Of a stretch of 64,000 bases of DNA, positions 11,217 through 19,780 are shown piece by piece. Source of the stretch: an uncultured Trueperaceae bacterium. GTDB lineage: Bacteria > Deinococcota > Deinococci > Deinococcales > Trueperaceae. Below the pieces are notes generated by a model, which saw only the letters and a program-made list of their open reading frames with translations, searched no databases and was not told where the DNA came from. Each line of letters starts with the position of its first letter. Positions within the stretch are counted from its first letter, which is position 1. A program made the translations under genes and the position numbers. The stretch lies in the NCBI GenBank assembly GCA_963799485.1, contig CAWCXJ010000012.1, positions 137,172-201,171 on the forward strand, read 5' to 3'.

Positions 11217-12197
11217 TTGTCGGAGGCCCCGGCGAGCGCTCAACGTGTCAAGGCGCAGAGATTTAGGGAGGGTGTAACTATCAACCGAGCTGTTCTCGAG
11301 GCCACCCTCAACACCCTGAGCGAACCGCTGCTGGTTATCGGTTCCGACCGGCGGGTGACGTTTGTCAACGCGGCGTGGCGACGTTTGCGGGAGCAGCTAG
11401 GGGAACCGGACGGGGATAAGGCGTGGCTCGAGCCGGTTTACGGCACCGCTTACCAAGCCGGGTGCGGAAACCTGCTCAGTAACGAGGCAGCAAGGGGTGT
11501 CGAGGCTGTTCTGGGCGGAACTCTGCCCCGTTACGAGACTGTTTTTAAGTGCGCCGCCGGGTACGAAAGCCGTACCCTCAAACTCGAGGTGTTGCCGCTG
11601 GCACTAGGCTGCCCCGGCGCGCTGCTCAGCTACCATGACCTCACCGAACAGACGCGGCGTGAAACGGAAATCTACAACCTGGCGAACTTAGACCCGCTGA
11701 CCGGACTATTTAACCGGCGTTTGTTCTTCGCCGAGGCCGAACGGGTGCTGGCGCTTGCCGAGCGGCACGGGCACCCTTTTACGCTCCTCTACCTAGACCT
11801 CGACGGTTTCAAGGCGGTAAACGACTCGAGCGGTCATGAAGTCGGCGACGAGGTGCTCTGCAGGGTGGCGGCGAGGTTGGGCGGGTGCCTGCGTAAAAGC
11901 GACCTGTTGGCACGTCTGGGCGGTGACGAGTTTTTGCTGCTGTTGCCGGAAACGGATGAACGGGAGAGTTTGGTAACGGTCAAGCGCTGCTTGGAGAGCC
12001 TTACCCGACCTTTTACGGTTGACGGTCATACCATCACGCTTACGGGCAGTTTCGGGGTTGCCCACTATCCGACTCATGCCCGCACGATTGACGAACTGGT
12101 GCGGCTGGCGGATAAGGCTATGTACCAGGCCAAAGCGAACGGCGGCGGCGTCCGGGTCGTCCCTAGAGCGACTGTTCACCGCAGCGCTTACCACTAA
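11217..12197 (+). CDS. PAS-GGDEF diguanylate cyclase
   Basis: DPLTGLFNRR, DLDGFKAVND, RxxD I-site (RKSD), intact GGDEF, ADKAMY; start codon uncertain. Confidence 0.92.
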   Translation: MSEAPASAQRVKAQRFREGVTINRAVLEATLNTLSEPLLVIGSDRRVTFVNAAWRRLREQLGEPDGDKAWLEPVYGTAYQAGCGNLLSNEAARGVEAVLGGTLPRYETVFKCAAGYESRTLKLEVLPLALGCPGALLSYHDLTEQTRRETEIYNLANLDPLTGLFNRRLFFAEAERVLALAERHGHPFTLLYLDLDGFKAVNDSSGHEVGDEVLCRVAARLGGCLRKSDLLARLGGDEFLLLLPETDERESLVTVKRCLESLTRPFTVDGHTITLTGSFGVAHYPTHARTIDELVRLADKAMYQAKANGGGVRVVPRATVHRSAYH

Positions 12198-12219
12198 AGG
12201 AAAGACACGTTAGGCCGAA

Positions 12220-12287
12220 CCGGGGTTAAAACCCCTAACGTTTTAGTCTATGTACCTCTGGCTGCGGCGCAACCTTCTTGTTAGGGT
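12220..12287 (+). promoter_or_regulatory. Composite promoter copy 2 upstream of desaturase-like gene
   Basis: CCGGGGTTAAAACCCCTA 12220-12237, CTCTG 12256-12260, TGtTAGGGT 12279-12287. Confidence 0.6.
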
Positions 12288-12451
12288 TGTAGCTGTAGAC
12301 AGGTGTTTTATACGCTTTCCAACTGAGCTGTGCGCACGAAACCGTAAATGCCACCATAAATGTCACCGTTTCAAACAGTTTTAGTACCCGGCCTTGTCCG
12401 GTCGTAACGACCCAGCAGACCGCTACTTACTTTCAAGCAAAGGAGCCCTCC

Positions 12452-13537
12452 TTGTCGAGCCTGACCATCCCCCCCGCGAGCATCCTAGACGACCTCCGCA
12501 GCCGCACGCCCGCCGGTATGCTGAGCCGCCAGGAAAAAGACCGGCTGATCGAACGCGGCTTTTTGGGTCTTTACCGCTGGTACACCGCCCGCAGCCAGGA
12601 GACGCGCAACTGGAACCCGGACAAATCGTTCGCCTGGCGCAACCTGCGCAAAGACTTCTCCGAACCGCTGATGCAGATTTTGCAGGGCTTCTTTGCCGTC
12701 GAGTACTACACCCCCGACTACGTCGACGAAATCCTGAACCTGGTACGCCGCTCTCACGGGCGCAGCCACTTCCAGCTCCGCTGGGGTTCCGAAGAAGAAA
12801 AACACGCCGACACCTGGGAGAACTCGCTTTTGTTCTCGCAGCAGCGCACGCCCGGCTTTATCGAGTCGTATAAAGAAGACCTGCGCGCCAGCGTCCACCG
12901 CAGTTTATGGGAAGGCGACGCGCTGCGTAACCTCGTCTACACGGTGTTTCAAGAACGCGCCACCCAGCTCAACTACCTCAACCTGCTCAAGATCGCCAAC
13001 GGCAAGTCGGACAAACCGCAGCACCAGAACGACGCCGACCCGGTGCTAGCGCGTGTGGCCCAGACGATTGCCACCGACGAAGCCGCGCACTACAACTTCT
13101 TTCTAGAAGGCGTCAGACTTTTCTTGTACTACTACCCGCAGCGCACTTTAGAGGCCATCCAAGACGTGATCACGCACTTTACGATGCCGGCGAACAACAT
13201 CGTGCCGGATTGGGACAAGTTCAACTACGCGGTCTACAAAGCCGGGATTTACGGCCCCCGTGAATACGCCCGCGACGTGGTGCAGGTGGTGTTTCGCAAC
13301 CTGGGGATCGAGAGCCGGAAAAAGCTCGAGGAGGGCATCAAAAAAGGCCGCATCGTCCCGAGCAAAGCAGACGACGGCACGCAGCTGACCGCCATCTGGG
13401 ACTCGTTCGATTACGGGCTGGTCGAGGGCGACGTGCAGCGGATTTACGGCAAGATTACCAGGCACGAGCGTGACTTCGGGCGTTATGAGCTTGACCCCAC
13501 CGACTTTGTACCAAATCCCGAGTGGCCGGGGAAGTAA
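12452..13537 (+). CDS. Acyl-ACP desaturase-like ferritin-fold diiron protein
   Basis: Two ExxH motifs (WGSEEEKH, TDEAAH), QERAT, FTMP; AAGGAG RBS before TTG. Confidence 0.8.
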   Translation: MSSLTIPPASILDDLRSRTPAGMLSRQEKDRLIERGFLGLYRWYTARSQETRNWNPDKSFAWRNLRKDFSEPLMQILQGFFAVEYYTPDYVDEILNLVRRSHGRSHFQLRWGSEEEKHADTWENSLLFSQQRTPGFIESYKEDLRASVHRSLWEGDALRNLVYTVFQERATQLNYLNLLKIANGKSDKPQHQNDADPVLARVAQTIATDEAAHYNFFLEGVRLFLYYYPQRTLEAIQDVITHFTMPANNIVPDWDKFNYAVYKAGIYGPREYARDVVQVVFRNLGIESRKKLEEGIKKGRIVPSKADDGTQLTAIWDSFDYGLVEGDVQRIYGKITRHERDFGRYELDPTDFVPNPEWPGK

Positions 13538-13569
13538 CGCCTCCAAAGGCCTGCGTGTCAGATTACAGT

Positions 13570-13610
13570 AAAAAGGCCTGAACGTAGAGGGGGGGTAGTA
13601 CGTTCAGGCC
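13570..13610 (-). terminator. Intrinsic terminator, U-tract on minus strand (may act in both directions)
   Basis: 12-bp stem GGCCTGAACGTA/TACGTTCAGGCC preceded by AAAAA on the plus strand. Confidence 0.7.
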
Positions 13611-13712
13611 GCAAAACGTTCACGAAACCGTGGTACTTGCTCCCCCAGCAACCGTTTTTCGCAACTCTGCCCGTCGCCCCTGCGGTTGTTGGGCGCATCC
13701 CGGTTTCACCCA
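13570..13712 (-). ncRNA. Candidate structured small RNA
   Basis: Nested complementary segments forming a long rod, bounded by the shared promoter motif and a terminator; no family recognised. Confidence 0.35.
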
Positions 13713-13714
13713 TC

Positions 13715-13781
13715 ATTAAACAAAACGGTGTCGGGCTGGAACAGAGGTGGCTGTCAAATATATAAGGGGTTTTTACCCCGG
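13715..13781 (-). promoter_or_regulatory. Composite promoter copy 3 (minus strand)
   Basis: GGGGTTTTTACCCC 13766-13779; minus-strand CTCTG 13746-13742; TG-TTTAAT 13722-13715. Confidence 0.55.
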
Positions 13782-13868
13782 TTTTCTACCTTTACCGGAA
13801 CCGGCACATGGAGCCTGGTCGGGCCGGTTCGCTTCACCGTTTTACGGCGGGTGAACGCAAGCAACCTT

Positions 13869-14186
13869 TTACCCGACCCTCTCAGCCGAGCAAAAACACA
13901 TACGCCGCAACATCAGCAGATGGGCGTGCAGCACCTCTAACGCCGTCACGCTGAGGATGTTGGTTTCGTAGCAGGTGGCGAGGGTCTCGAGGTTCTCTCT
14001 TACCAGACCGTAGGCCCTACTGCTCGCGTGGTCGCGGTAGCCGGGTAGACGTGCGTAAAGTTCATCAATCGTTCTCTGAATCTCCTCGTGGTAGCCGCGC
14101 GCCGAGGTAAACTCCCAAGGCCGTTCAAAGTGCCCCTCGAGGCTGGGTTCTGGAAAACTGTCTGTAAGGCAATCTGTGTTACGCAC
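13869..14186 (-). CDS. Hypothetical helical protein
   Basis: ORF with GGAGG before an in-frame GTG at 14186; no family recognised. Confidence 0.4.
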   Translation of the reverse strand: MRNTDCLTDSFPEPSLEGHFERPWEFTSARGYHEEIQRTIDELYARLPGYRDHASSRAYGLVRENLETLATCYETNILSVTALEVLHAHLLMLRRMCFCSAERVG

Positions 14187-14229
14187 CGCCACCTCCACGC
14201 CTGTAATAGCCTGTTGCACCGAAGGGCAC

Positions 14230-14537
14230 TTAAAAGGTACTCCCCAAGTCGGTTTTGTCTTTATCCGCAGTTTCGGTTCGTTCGACCGCTATTTTTTCAC
14301 GCCTGAACGTGACCTGCGGTGCGTCCGTATGTTCCGAGCGCTGCGTCGTCACCCGCACCTCTGCGACGAGCATCAGCTGTTTGCCGACGACCGGCACCGC
14401 TTCGTAACGGAACACAATCACCGTGTCGCTCTCATAACGCTTTACGGCGTCTCTGCTAAAGCCGCTGCTGGTCAGCTCGCCAACCACCTGTCGGACGTAG
14501 CGAGACTGCCAAAAACACCGATTACACTGTTCATCAT
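14230..14537 (-). pseudogene. Frameshifted, internally deleted YsnF/AvaK (DUF2382)-type stress protein
   Basis: AAAGGAG RBS + MMNSVIGVFGSLATS, frame change near 14490 into QVVGELTSSGFSRDAV, then EAVPVVGKQLMLVAEVRVT...VTFRREKIAVER. Confidence 0.6.
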
Positions 14538-15274
14538 GGTTTTCTCCTTTGCGCTAATTACAGCTGCTTCAACCGCAAATTTGAAGAGGTTCTTACCCCT
14601 GCTCGCTAGGTGTTTGAACCCTACGGCTTGCGCTTTACGGCCTGAACCGGCTACTTTGAACCCGGTACTTTTGAACCCGGTACTTTTGAACCATCATCCA
14701 CTCGAGGTCACCGGCGCGAAGTTCTAGTGAGCTGATGGTCGCCTTCCGGGGTTTGTTTGCCGCGTCAGCGCCACATTACGGCAAAAACCGATGCGTTTAT
14801 TCCCGGCTATGCGCGCTGGACTGGAAGCTCATACAGAAAACTCACACAGACGGTTGTGCTTCTCCGAGTTTCGCACCCGTCAACCCGGCAATGACCGTTT
14901 GAGGGTTTGCAAGCTTGGCCTGTAAACATGCATAAATACCAGAAGTCGGTGTTTTAAGCCTAGTACTCCCACCCAGATACATCTGTTGTGTGCCGCTTGC
15001 GTCTGCTAGATTGCAACTGAAGCGTCGTGCTCGGCACACCGCAGCTCAACACACCGCAAAAGCAACTTCATAGAACACGACAAACAAGCACGACAAGCCG
15101 CGTAGCCGGATCGGCTTTTTAGAAAAGCACCGGATTTTGGGCTCGAGCGTCCTTCAGGCGCACATAACATTCAGGCGCACATAAGCTGTCGGCAACACGA
15201 GCAGGAGCCAAAGTTAGGAGTCGGGGTAGTTATGACGGATTGGCACGGCACACAAGCTGAACTCGGGGCGGTTC

Positions 15275-15925
15275 TTGACTGCTATTACCGACGGGCTTTT
15301 CGTGCTCGATAGCGACTGGCGTTTTACTTTCCTAAACGCACCGGCGGAGCAGTGGTGGCGCGCGCACGAGGAAAAACCGGGCCAAGCAAACCTCGCCGGC
15401 GCAAATGCCTGGGAGACATTCCCGGAAACCGTCGGTAGCGACCTCTACGAAGCTTGCCACCACGCGTCCCGGGCACAGACCCCCGGCAAGCTCGAGCTTT
15501 ACGCCGCGTCCCGCAAGCAGTGGCTTATGCTGCGCCTTTATCCGTTCCCTGACGGGCTTTGTGTTTATTTTGTGGACGTAAGTGACTACAAGCAGCTAGA
15601 ACACGAGCTGCTCGGGGCACTTCAAGAGATAGCTAGCGAAACCCTGTGGTTTAACCATTCACTCACCGATAAGCTGGCGCAAACTGCCGCCAAGACGCGC
15701 AGGGCCGCCGCAAAAGCCGCCGCGCCGCCGCTGACCCGGCGCGAAAAGCAGGTTTTAGAACATATCGCCAGAGGGCACGATGACCGCTACATCGCCGCCG
15801 CTCTGGGCCTTGTCGAGCAGACTGTGCGTAACTACATCACGCGTCTTTACGCAAAACTGGGGGTTCATTCACGCGCTGAAGCCGTCGTCTGGGCGCGTGA
15901 ACGCGGGCTTGGCAGAACCGAATAG
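15275..15925 (+). CDS. PAS + LuxR-HTH transcriptional regulator (5' end possibly frameshifted)
   Basis: AITDGLFVLDSDWRFTFLN PAS start; LTRREKQVL...KLGVHSRAEAVVWARERG; C-terminus paralogous to 8106..9383. Confidence 0.85.
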   Translation: MTAITDGLFVLDSDWRFTFLNAPAEQWWRAHEEKPGQANLAGANAWETFPETVGSDLYEACHHASRAQTPGKLELYAASRKQWLMLRLYPFPDGLCVYFVDVSDYKQLEHELLGALQEIASETLWFNHSLTDKLAQTAAKTRRAAAKAAAPPLTRREKQVLEHIARGHDDRYIAAALGLVEQTVRNYITRLYAKLGVHSRAEAVVWARERGLGRTE

Positions 15926-16055
15926 AGCAGCGAACCCTGTACAGGCGAATTACAGACTGCACCTCTACGTTCCCGACCACAATTTTTCGGTAAATATGTT
16001 TGACAAATAGTTGACAGCGCGCGCGAGTAGCCGGTGACGCACCCGTAATCCCTAT

Positions 16056-16123
16056 TAGGGGTAGCTACCCCTACGTAACCGGTCTTTACTTCTCTGGTGT
16101 GCCCTTTTAGAAATTGCTAACTT
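16056..16123 (+). promoter_or_regulatory. Composite promoter copy 4 with perfect 18-bp palindrome
   Basis: TAGGGGTAGCTACCCCTA 16056-16073, CTCTG 16092-16096, TGcTAACTT 16115-16123. Confidence 0.65.
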
Positions 16124-16345
16124 TGAAAGGCACGTTAACGGCTCGAGCTCGCTTTTTGTCTGAGAGTTACATGGGGTGGGAGTGGCTAAAATTAGATGTT
16201 TTGTAAGACGCAGCAAGGTTCAAAGCTTTGGGGCTTGCTAAGTTTCAAGGGTACAAGGTGACTCGAGTCTACCTTTTGTCTGGGGGTTACAGGGGGTAAC
16301 TGAGGCTGGATGTTTTGTAGGGAGCCGTACAGGTCTAAACGGTTA
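16114..16345. repeat. Degenerate tandem duplication, period about 121 bp
   Basis: Both units contain, in order, TTGCTAA, CTCGAG, TTTTGTCTG..GTTACA.GGGGT, GATGTTTTGTA. Confidence 0.7.
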
Positions 16346-16597
16346 GGTAACCAAAAGGAGAAATGTGCAGGCCGGTGAACACGCCTCGAGCTTTCAGTGG
16401 ACAGCCGTCGGCGCGAGCAGCGGTACCGACTACGAAAACTCGGGTTCGGAACCGACGACGGTCATCACGCAGTAATAGCGACAGCAACAACGACAGTAAG
16501 GCAACCGTAAAGCGCTAAACGAACTACCAAAACCGCTGGGCAGGTGAGCTCACCTGCCCAGCCGCAATCCCCACCTTTTCCAGCAAAGGAGCAGCAC

Positions 16598-17167
16598 ATG
16601 AATATCCGTAACGGGTGGCGCACCGCCGTCACCGACACTACCGGTAACACCTCACGACGTTTTCCTCGAGCCTTACGCAGTTATCTACTCGCCTTCGGCG
16701 CGCTTCTCCTTTTGACGACGGCCTGCAACAACCCGGCGCAAACCCAGGACCCGACGCTCAACGAAGAACTGACGGCGCTTCAGGCCCAGGTCGGCGACTT
16801 CGAGTCGCAAGTGACCGAACAGACCCAGGCGCTGCAAGACGCACGTGCGCGTGTCAACGAATTAGAGGCCCGGCTCGCCGAACAGCAGCAGCAGGTCGCA
16901 GAGGCCGAAACGGTGGTGCAGGAGCGTGACCAGTTCAGGCAACAACTTGCGGCGCGGCAGACTGCCTTGCAGAGAGCGCAGGCGCGGATTCGGAACCTGG
17001 AACAGCGGCGCGAGCTGACGCTCGAGGAGCGCTTAGCGTCGATCAACCAGCGGATCGATATTCTTCAGCAGGAGCGCGCCCAGCTCAATGGTCAGGCCGG
17101 GGGTCAGGCCGGGCCGGGAACGCAAGCTCCGGCAACGAACGAGGTTGGGGCCGACTCCACCCCGTAA
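16598..17167 (+). CDS. Coiled-coil lipoprotein
   Basis: AAGGAG RBS, lipobox-like LTTAC, Gln/Glu/Arg-rich heptads. Confidence 0.75.
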   Translation: MNIRNGWRTAVTDTTGNTSRRFPRALRSYLLAFGALLLLTTACNNPAQTQDPTLNEELTALQAQVGDFESQVTEQTQALQDARARVNELEARLAEQQQQVAEAETVVQERDQFRQQLAARQTALQRAQARIRNLEQRRELTLEERLASINQRIDILQQERAQLNGQAGGQAGPGTQAPATNEVGADSTP

Positions 17168-17281
17168 AGCTTATTGATTGAGCGCGCGGCGCACTTCGCC
17201 GCGCTTCAACCAACATTTTTTACGCGGCGCTTGTCAAACAACCGTTACAGGATATGGGCTACCCAGAGGAGAGCCTAGAAA

Positions 17282-17437
17282 ATGTCAACGACAACAGCAA
17301 ACCCAAAAGGCTCGAGCACCGCTACCGGACTGTCTGATGCTGTGAGTACAGGTCGTCAGGTCGCGGCTGAACTCGTCAACCGTGGCTTTGACTGGGGCGT
17401 GGTGACGCTCGGGCGCGAAGTGTTTACTGCGCTGTGA
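17282..17437 (+). pseudogene. Short ORF resembling a truncated general-stress protein N-terminus
   Basis: GAGGAG RBS; TATGLSDAVSTGRQVAAELVNRGFD parallels the remnant at 14230-14537. Confidence 0.35.
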
Positions 17438-18458
17438 CAGGCCGAACGTTACGCACGAGCAGCACCGCGTCGTTAAAGTCGTTGAGCCGGTTCGACTCGT
17501 CGGTAGCGAGGACAAACCCGCCGTCCCCCAGCGGATAGGCCCGGACGTGATGCGGCGAGGTATCGAAGGTATTGCGCGCGTCTTCGGTATAGACGGTGCG
17601 CTGCTCGAAAAAGCGGGTCGTCGGCCACACGGAATAAAAACCGAAAGGCTCAGCGGGCGGCGTAAAGCTCACGACCCCCGCTGCAACCTCTGTGGCTACG
17701 GGCGTAATGACGGGCTCGAGCCTTTGACCGTTAAGCGTCGGGAAGATGGGAAGGCTTAAAAGCGGTTGCAACGATTCGGCGTTACTCGCGCCGTAAAAAC
17801 CAAACTCGAATACCGGCGCGACGTCCGGAACGGCGAACGTGGCGAGCACCTGAACCGTAACCGGCTGTGCGGGGTCGGCGCGGACGAATGTTTGCGCGGA
17901 AACCTCGTCGCCCAGGGGATAATTTGCCGGTTCATCGACCAGCGGAGAGGTTGCGGGGTCTTGGTCGCCGGTTTGCAAGCCGAAACCGTAGGTGTCGAAA
18001 ATCCACTGCAGGGAAGGCTCGAGGGTCCCGTTCTGGCCCTGAACGTGGAGGCCGCCCAAAGCGACCTGCACCGTGTTACTACCGGCTGCGTTACCACCGG
18101 CTGCGTTACTGCCCGCAAGGTTGAGCAAAGCTTGTTGGGGGCCGAGATTACCTGCAACCGGCGTAAACGTCACGGTAAGCTCTCGGCTCTGACCGGCGCT
18201 GAGGCTAAAAGTTGACGTGCCTTGGAGCGCAAACTGCGCCGCATCTTCACCGGTCACGGTAGCTGAAACCTTGAGCACACCCGTCCCGGTATTTGTTACT
18301 TCTACGGTACGCGCGTCGTTTGAGATGTCGCCACCCGCGTTAAAAACCACTACGTCGCGGCTTGGCGTCAAACCTCCGGTTACAGTACCTCCCGGCACGC
18401 CACAACTCGCTAAAACTACGCCCAGCACGAGCGTTAAAGGTAAAGCTGGATATTTCAA
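17424..18458 (-). CDS. Lipoprotein with Ig-like (ASH/choice-of-anchor D-like) domain and C-terminal beta domain
   Basis: Lipobox LASC; VEVTNTGTGVL...LSAGQSRELTVTFTP; C-terminal DFNDAV. Confidence 0.75.
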   Translation of the reverse strand: MKYPALPLTLVLGVVLASCGVPGGTVTGGLTPSRDVVVFNAGGDISNDARTVEVTNTGTGVLKVSATVTGEDAAQFALQGTSTFSLSAGQSRELTVTFTPVAGNLGPQQALLNLAGSNAAGGNAAGSNTVQVALGGLHVQGQNGTLEPSLQWIFDTYGFGLQTGDQDPATSPLVDEPANYPLGDEVSAQTFVRADPAQPVTVQVLATFAVPDVAPVFEFGFYGASNAESLQPLLSLPIFPTLNGQRLEPVITPVATEVAAGVVSFTPPAEPFGFYSVWPTTRFFEQRTVYTEDARNTFDTSPHHVRAYPLGDGGFVLATDESNRLNDFNDAVLLVRNVRPVTAQ

Positions 18459-18633
18459 GGTAACCCACCCCTTTCAGAAGGCGACCTTAGCACAAGCGGA
18501 TGAGGGTGCCGCTGGGCAAATGCACCTGCACGTTGGCGAGTAGGTTGGCGCGGGCCGACCGTAAGCTGTAGCGGCGACGGCTCCGAAACCCCTAGCTCAC
18601 GCTTCTCCCGAAAAACACTTTAGAATATCTTTT

Positions 18634-18843
18634 ATGAGGCGTTATGCGTTACTACGACCTACCGAACTCGCACAGCTCGCAGAGCTCAGCGAACGGCACG
18701 AAGAGCTGATGCGGCGGCTCGAGACCGGCGAACCCGACCCGCTACTAGGGCCCCGCGACGTGCAGCTTGAAATCCGGCAGCTCCGCCAGGAGGCGCTTAA
18801 GGTGCTGAAAAGCGTGTCGCAAAATATCGAACAGCTCCCTTGA
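18634..18843 (+). CDS. Small hypothetical protein
   Basis: TAGAAT 7 nt before ATG (leaderless pattern); 9 nt gap to the next gene. Confidence 0.55.
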   Translation: MRRYALLRPTELAQLAELSERHEELMRRLETGEPDPLLGPRDVQLEIRQLRQEALKVLKSVSQNIEQLP

Positions 18844-18852
18844 GCCCTTGTT

Positions 18853-19764
18853 ATGAACCCTAGCGCCACCCTGATCCACAACGCGCACGCCGCCGGTCGA
18901 TTGCGTCTTTCGACCGCGCGCATCATCGAGCTTTTGGCGGAAGCCGGTTACGACGCCGAGCACATTCCGACCGAGAGTGAAGCCGAACTTGCTAACGTCC
19001 TTACGAACCCCGGCGAACTCGTCGTGGCAGCGGGCGGCGACGGCACGATTCGCGGCGTCGCGCTGGCTTTAGCTGCGTCAGGGTCAGCCGTCCCTTTAGC
19101 CCTCGCACCTTTAGGCACCGCTAACAATATCGCGCACACGCTGGGGCTGACCGACGTGACCGAAAACTTGTTGCGTGGCCTCGCTACCCCTTACGCGCGC
19201 CCCTTCGACCTCGGTCTGATTCGCGCGCCGTGGGGTCAGGCGCGGTTTCTCGAGGCGTTCGGGGTCGGCTTGTTCGCGCACGGCATGGAGAAATACAACC
19301 CAGGCGAGGGCAAAAGCCTCTTTCGGGCGGCACAAGCGGCGATTGAAACCCTGACGCAGTACGAGGCGCGCGAGTGGCAGCTCGAGCTCGACGGGCGCGA
19401 CCTCTCGGGCCGTTACCTGCTGCTCGAGGTGATGAACACCACGTCGATGGGGCTGCGCCTGCGCCTCGCACCTGACGCCGACCCGAGCGACGGTCTGTTC
19501 GACGTCGTGCGAGTGCGCGAAGACAAGCGGATCAGCTTCCAGACGTACTTCCGCAAACTTACGGCGGGTGACTTGGAGACCCTGCCCAACATCGACATCG
19601 TTCGGGGGCGGCGGCTCAAGCTTCTTTGGGACGGGCAGCCCCTGCACTTCGACGAAGAGGTGCGCGGCGACGACCCGGCGCGTGTTCCCGGTGGTGAAAT
19701 CGACATCGAGCTGCAGCCGGGCGCGCTCACGTTGTGGCTGCCCGAGCAGGCTCGAGCCCCGTAA
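18853..19764 (+). CDS. Diacylglycerol/lipid kinase family protein
   Basis: AAGGDGT, PLGTANNIA, DGLFDV motifs. Confidence 0.9.
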   Translation: MNPSATLIHNAHAAGRLRLSTARIIELLAEAGYDAEHIPTESEAELANVLTNPGELVVAAGGDGTIRGVALALAASGSAVPLALAPLGTANNIAHTLGLTDVTENLLRGLATPYARPFDLGLIRAPWGQARFLEAFGVGLFAHGMEKYNPGEGKSLFRAAQAAIETLTQYEAREWQLELDGRDLSGRYLLLEVMNTTSMGLRLRLAPDADPSDGLFDVVRVREDKRISFQTYFRKLTAGDLETLPNIDIVRGRRLKLLWDGQPLHFDEEVRGDDPARVPGGEIDIELQPGALTLWLPEQARAP

Positions 19765-19780
19765 ACGTACACTTAACTTT

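Noticed and set aside
16114..16400. CRISPR-like array
   Set aside because: Only two long degenerate units, no identical repeats with unique spacers, no cas genes
16363..16518. Small ORF after AAAAGGAG
   Set aside because: SD-to-start spacing is too short and neither frame gives a recognisable peptide
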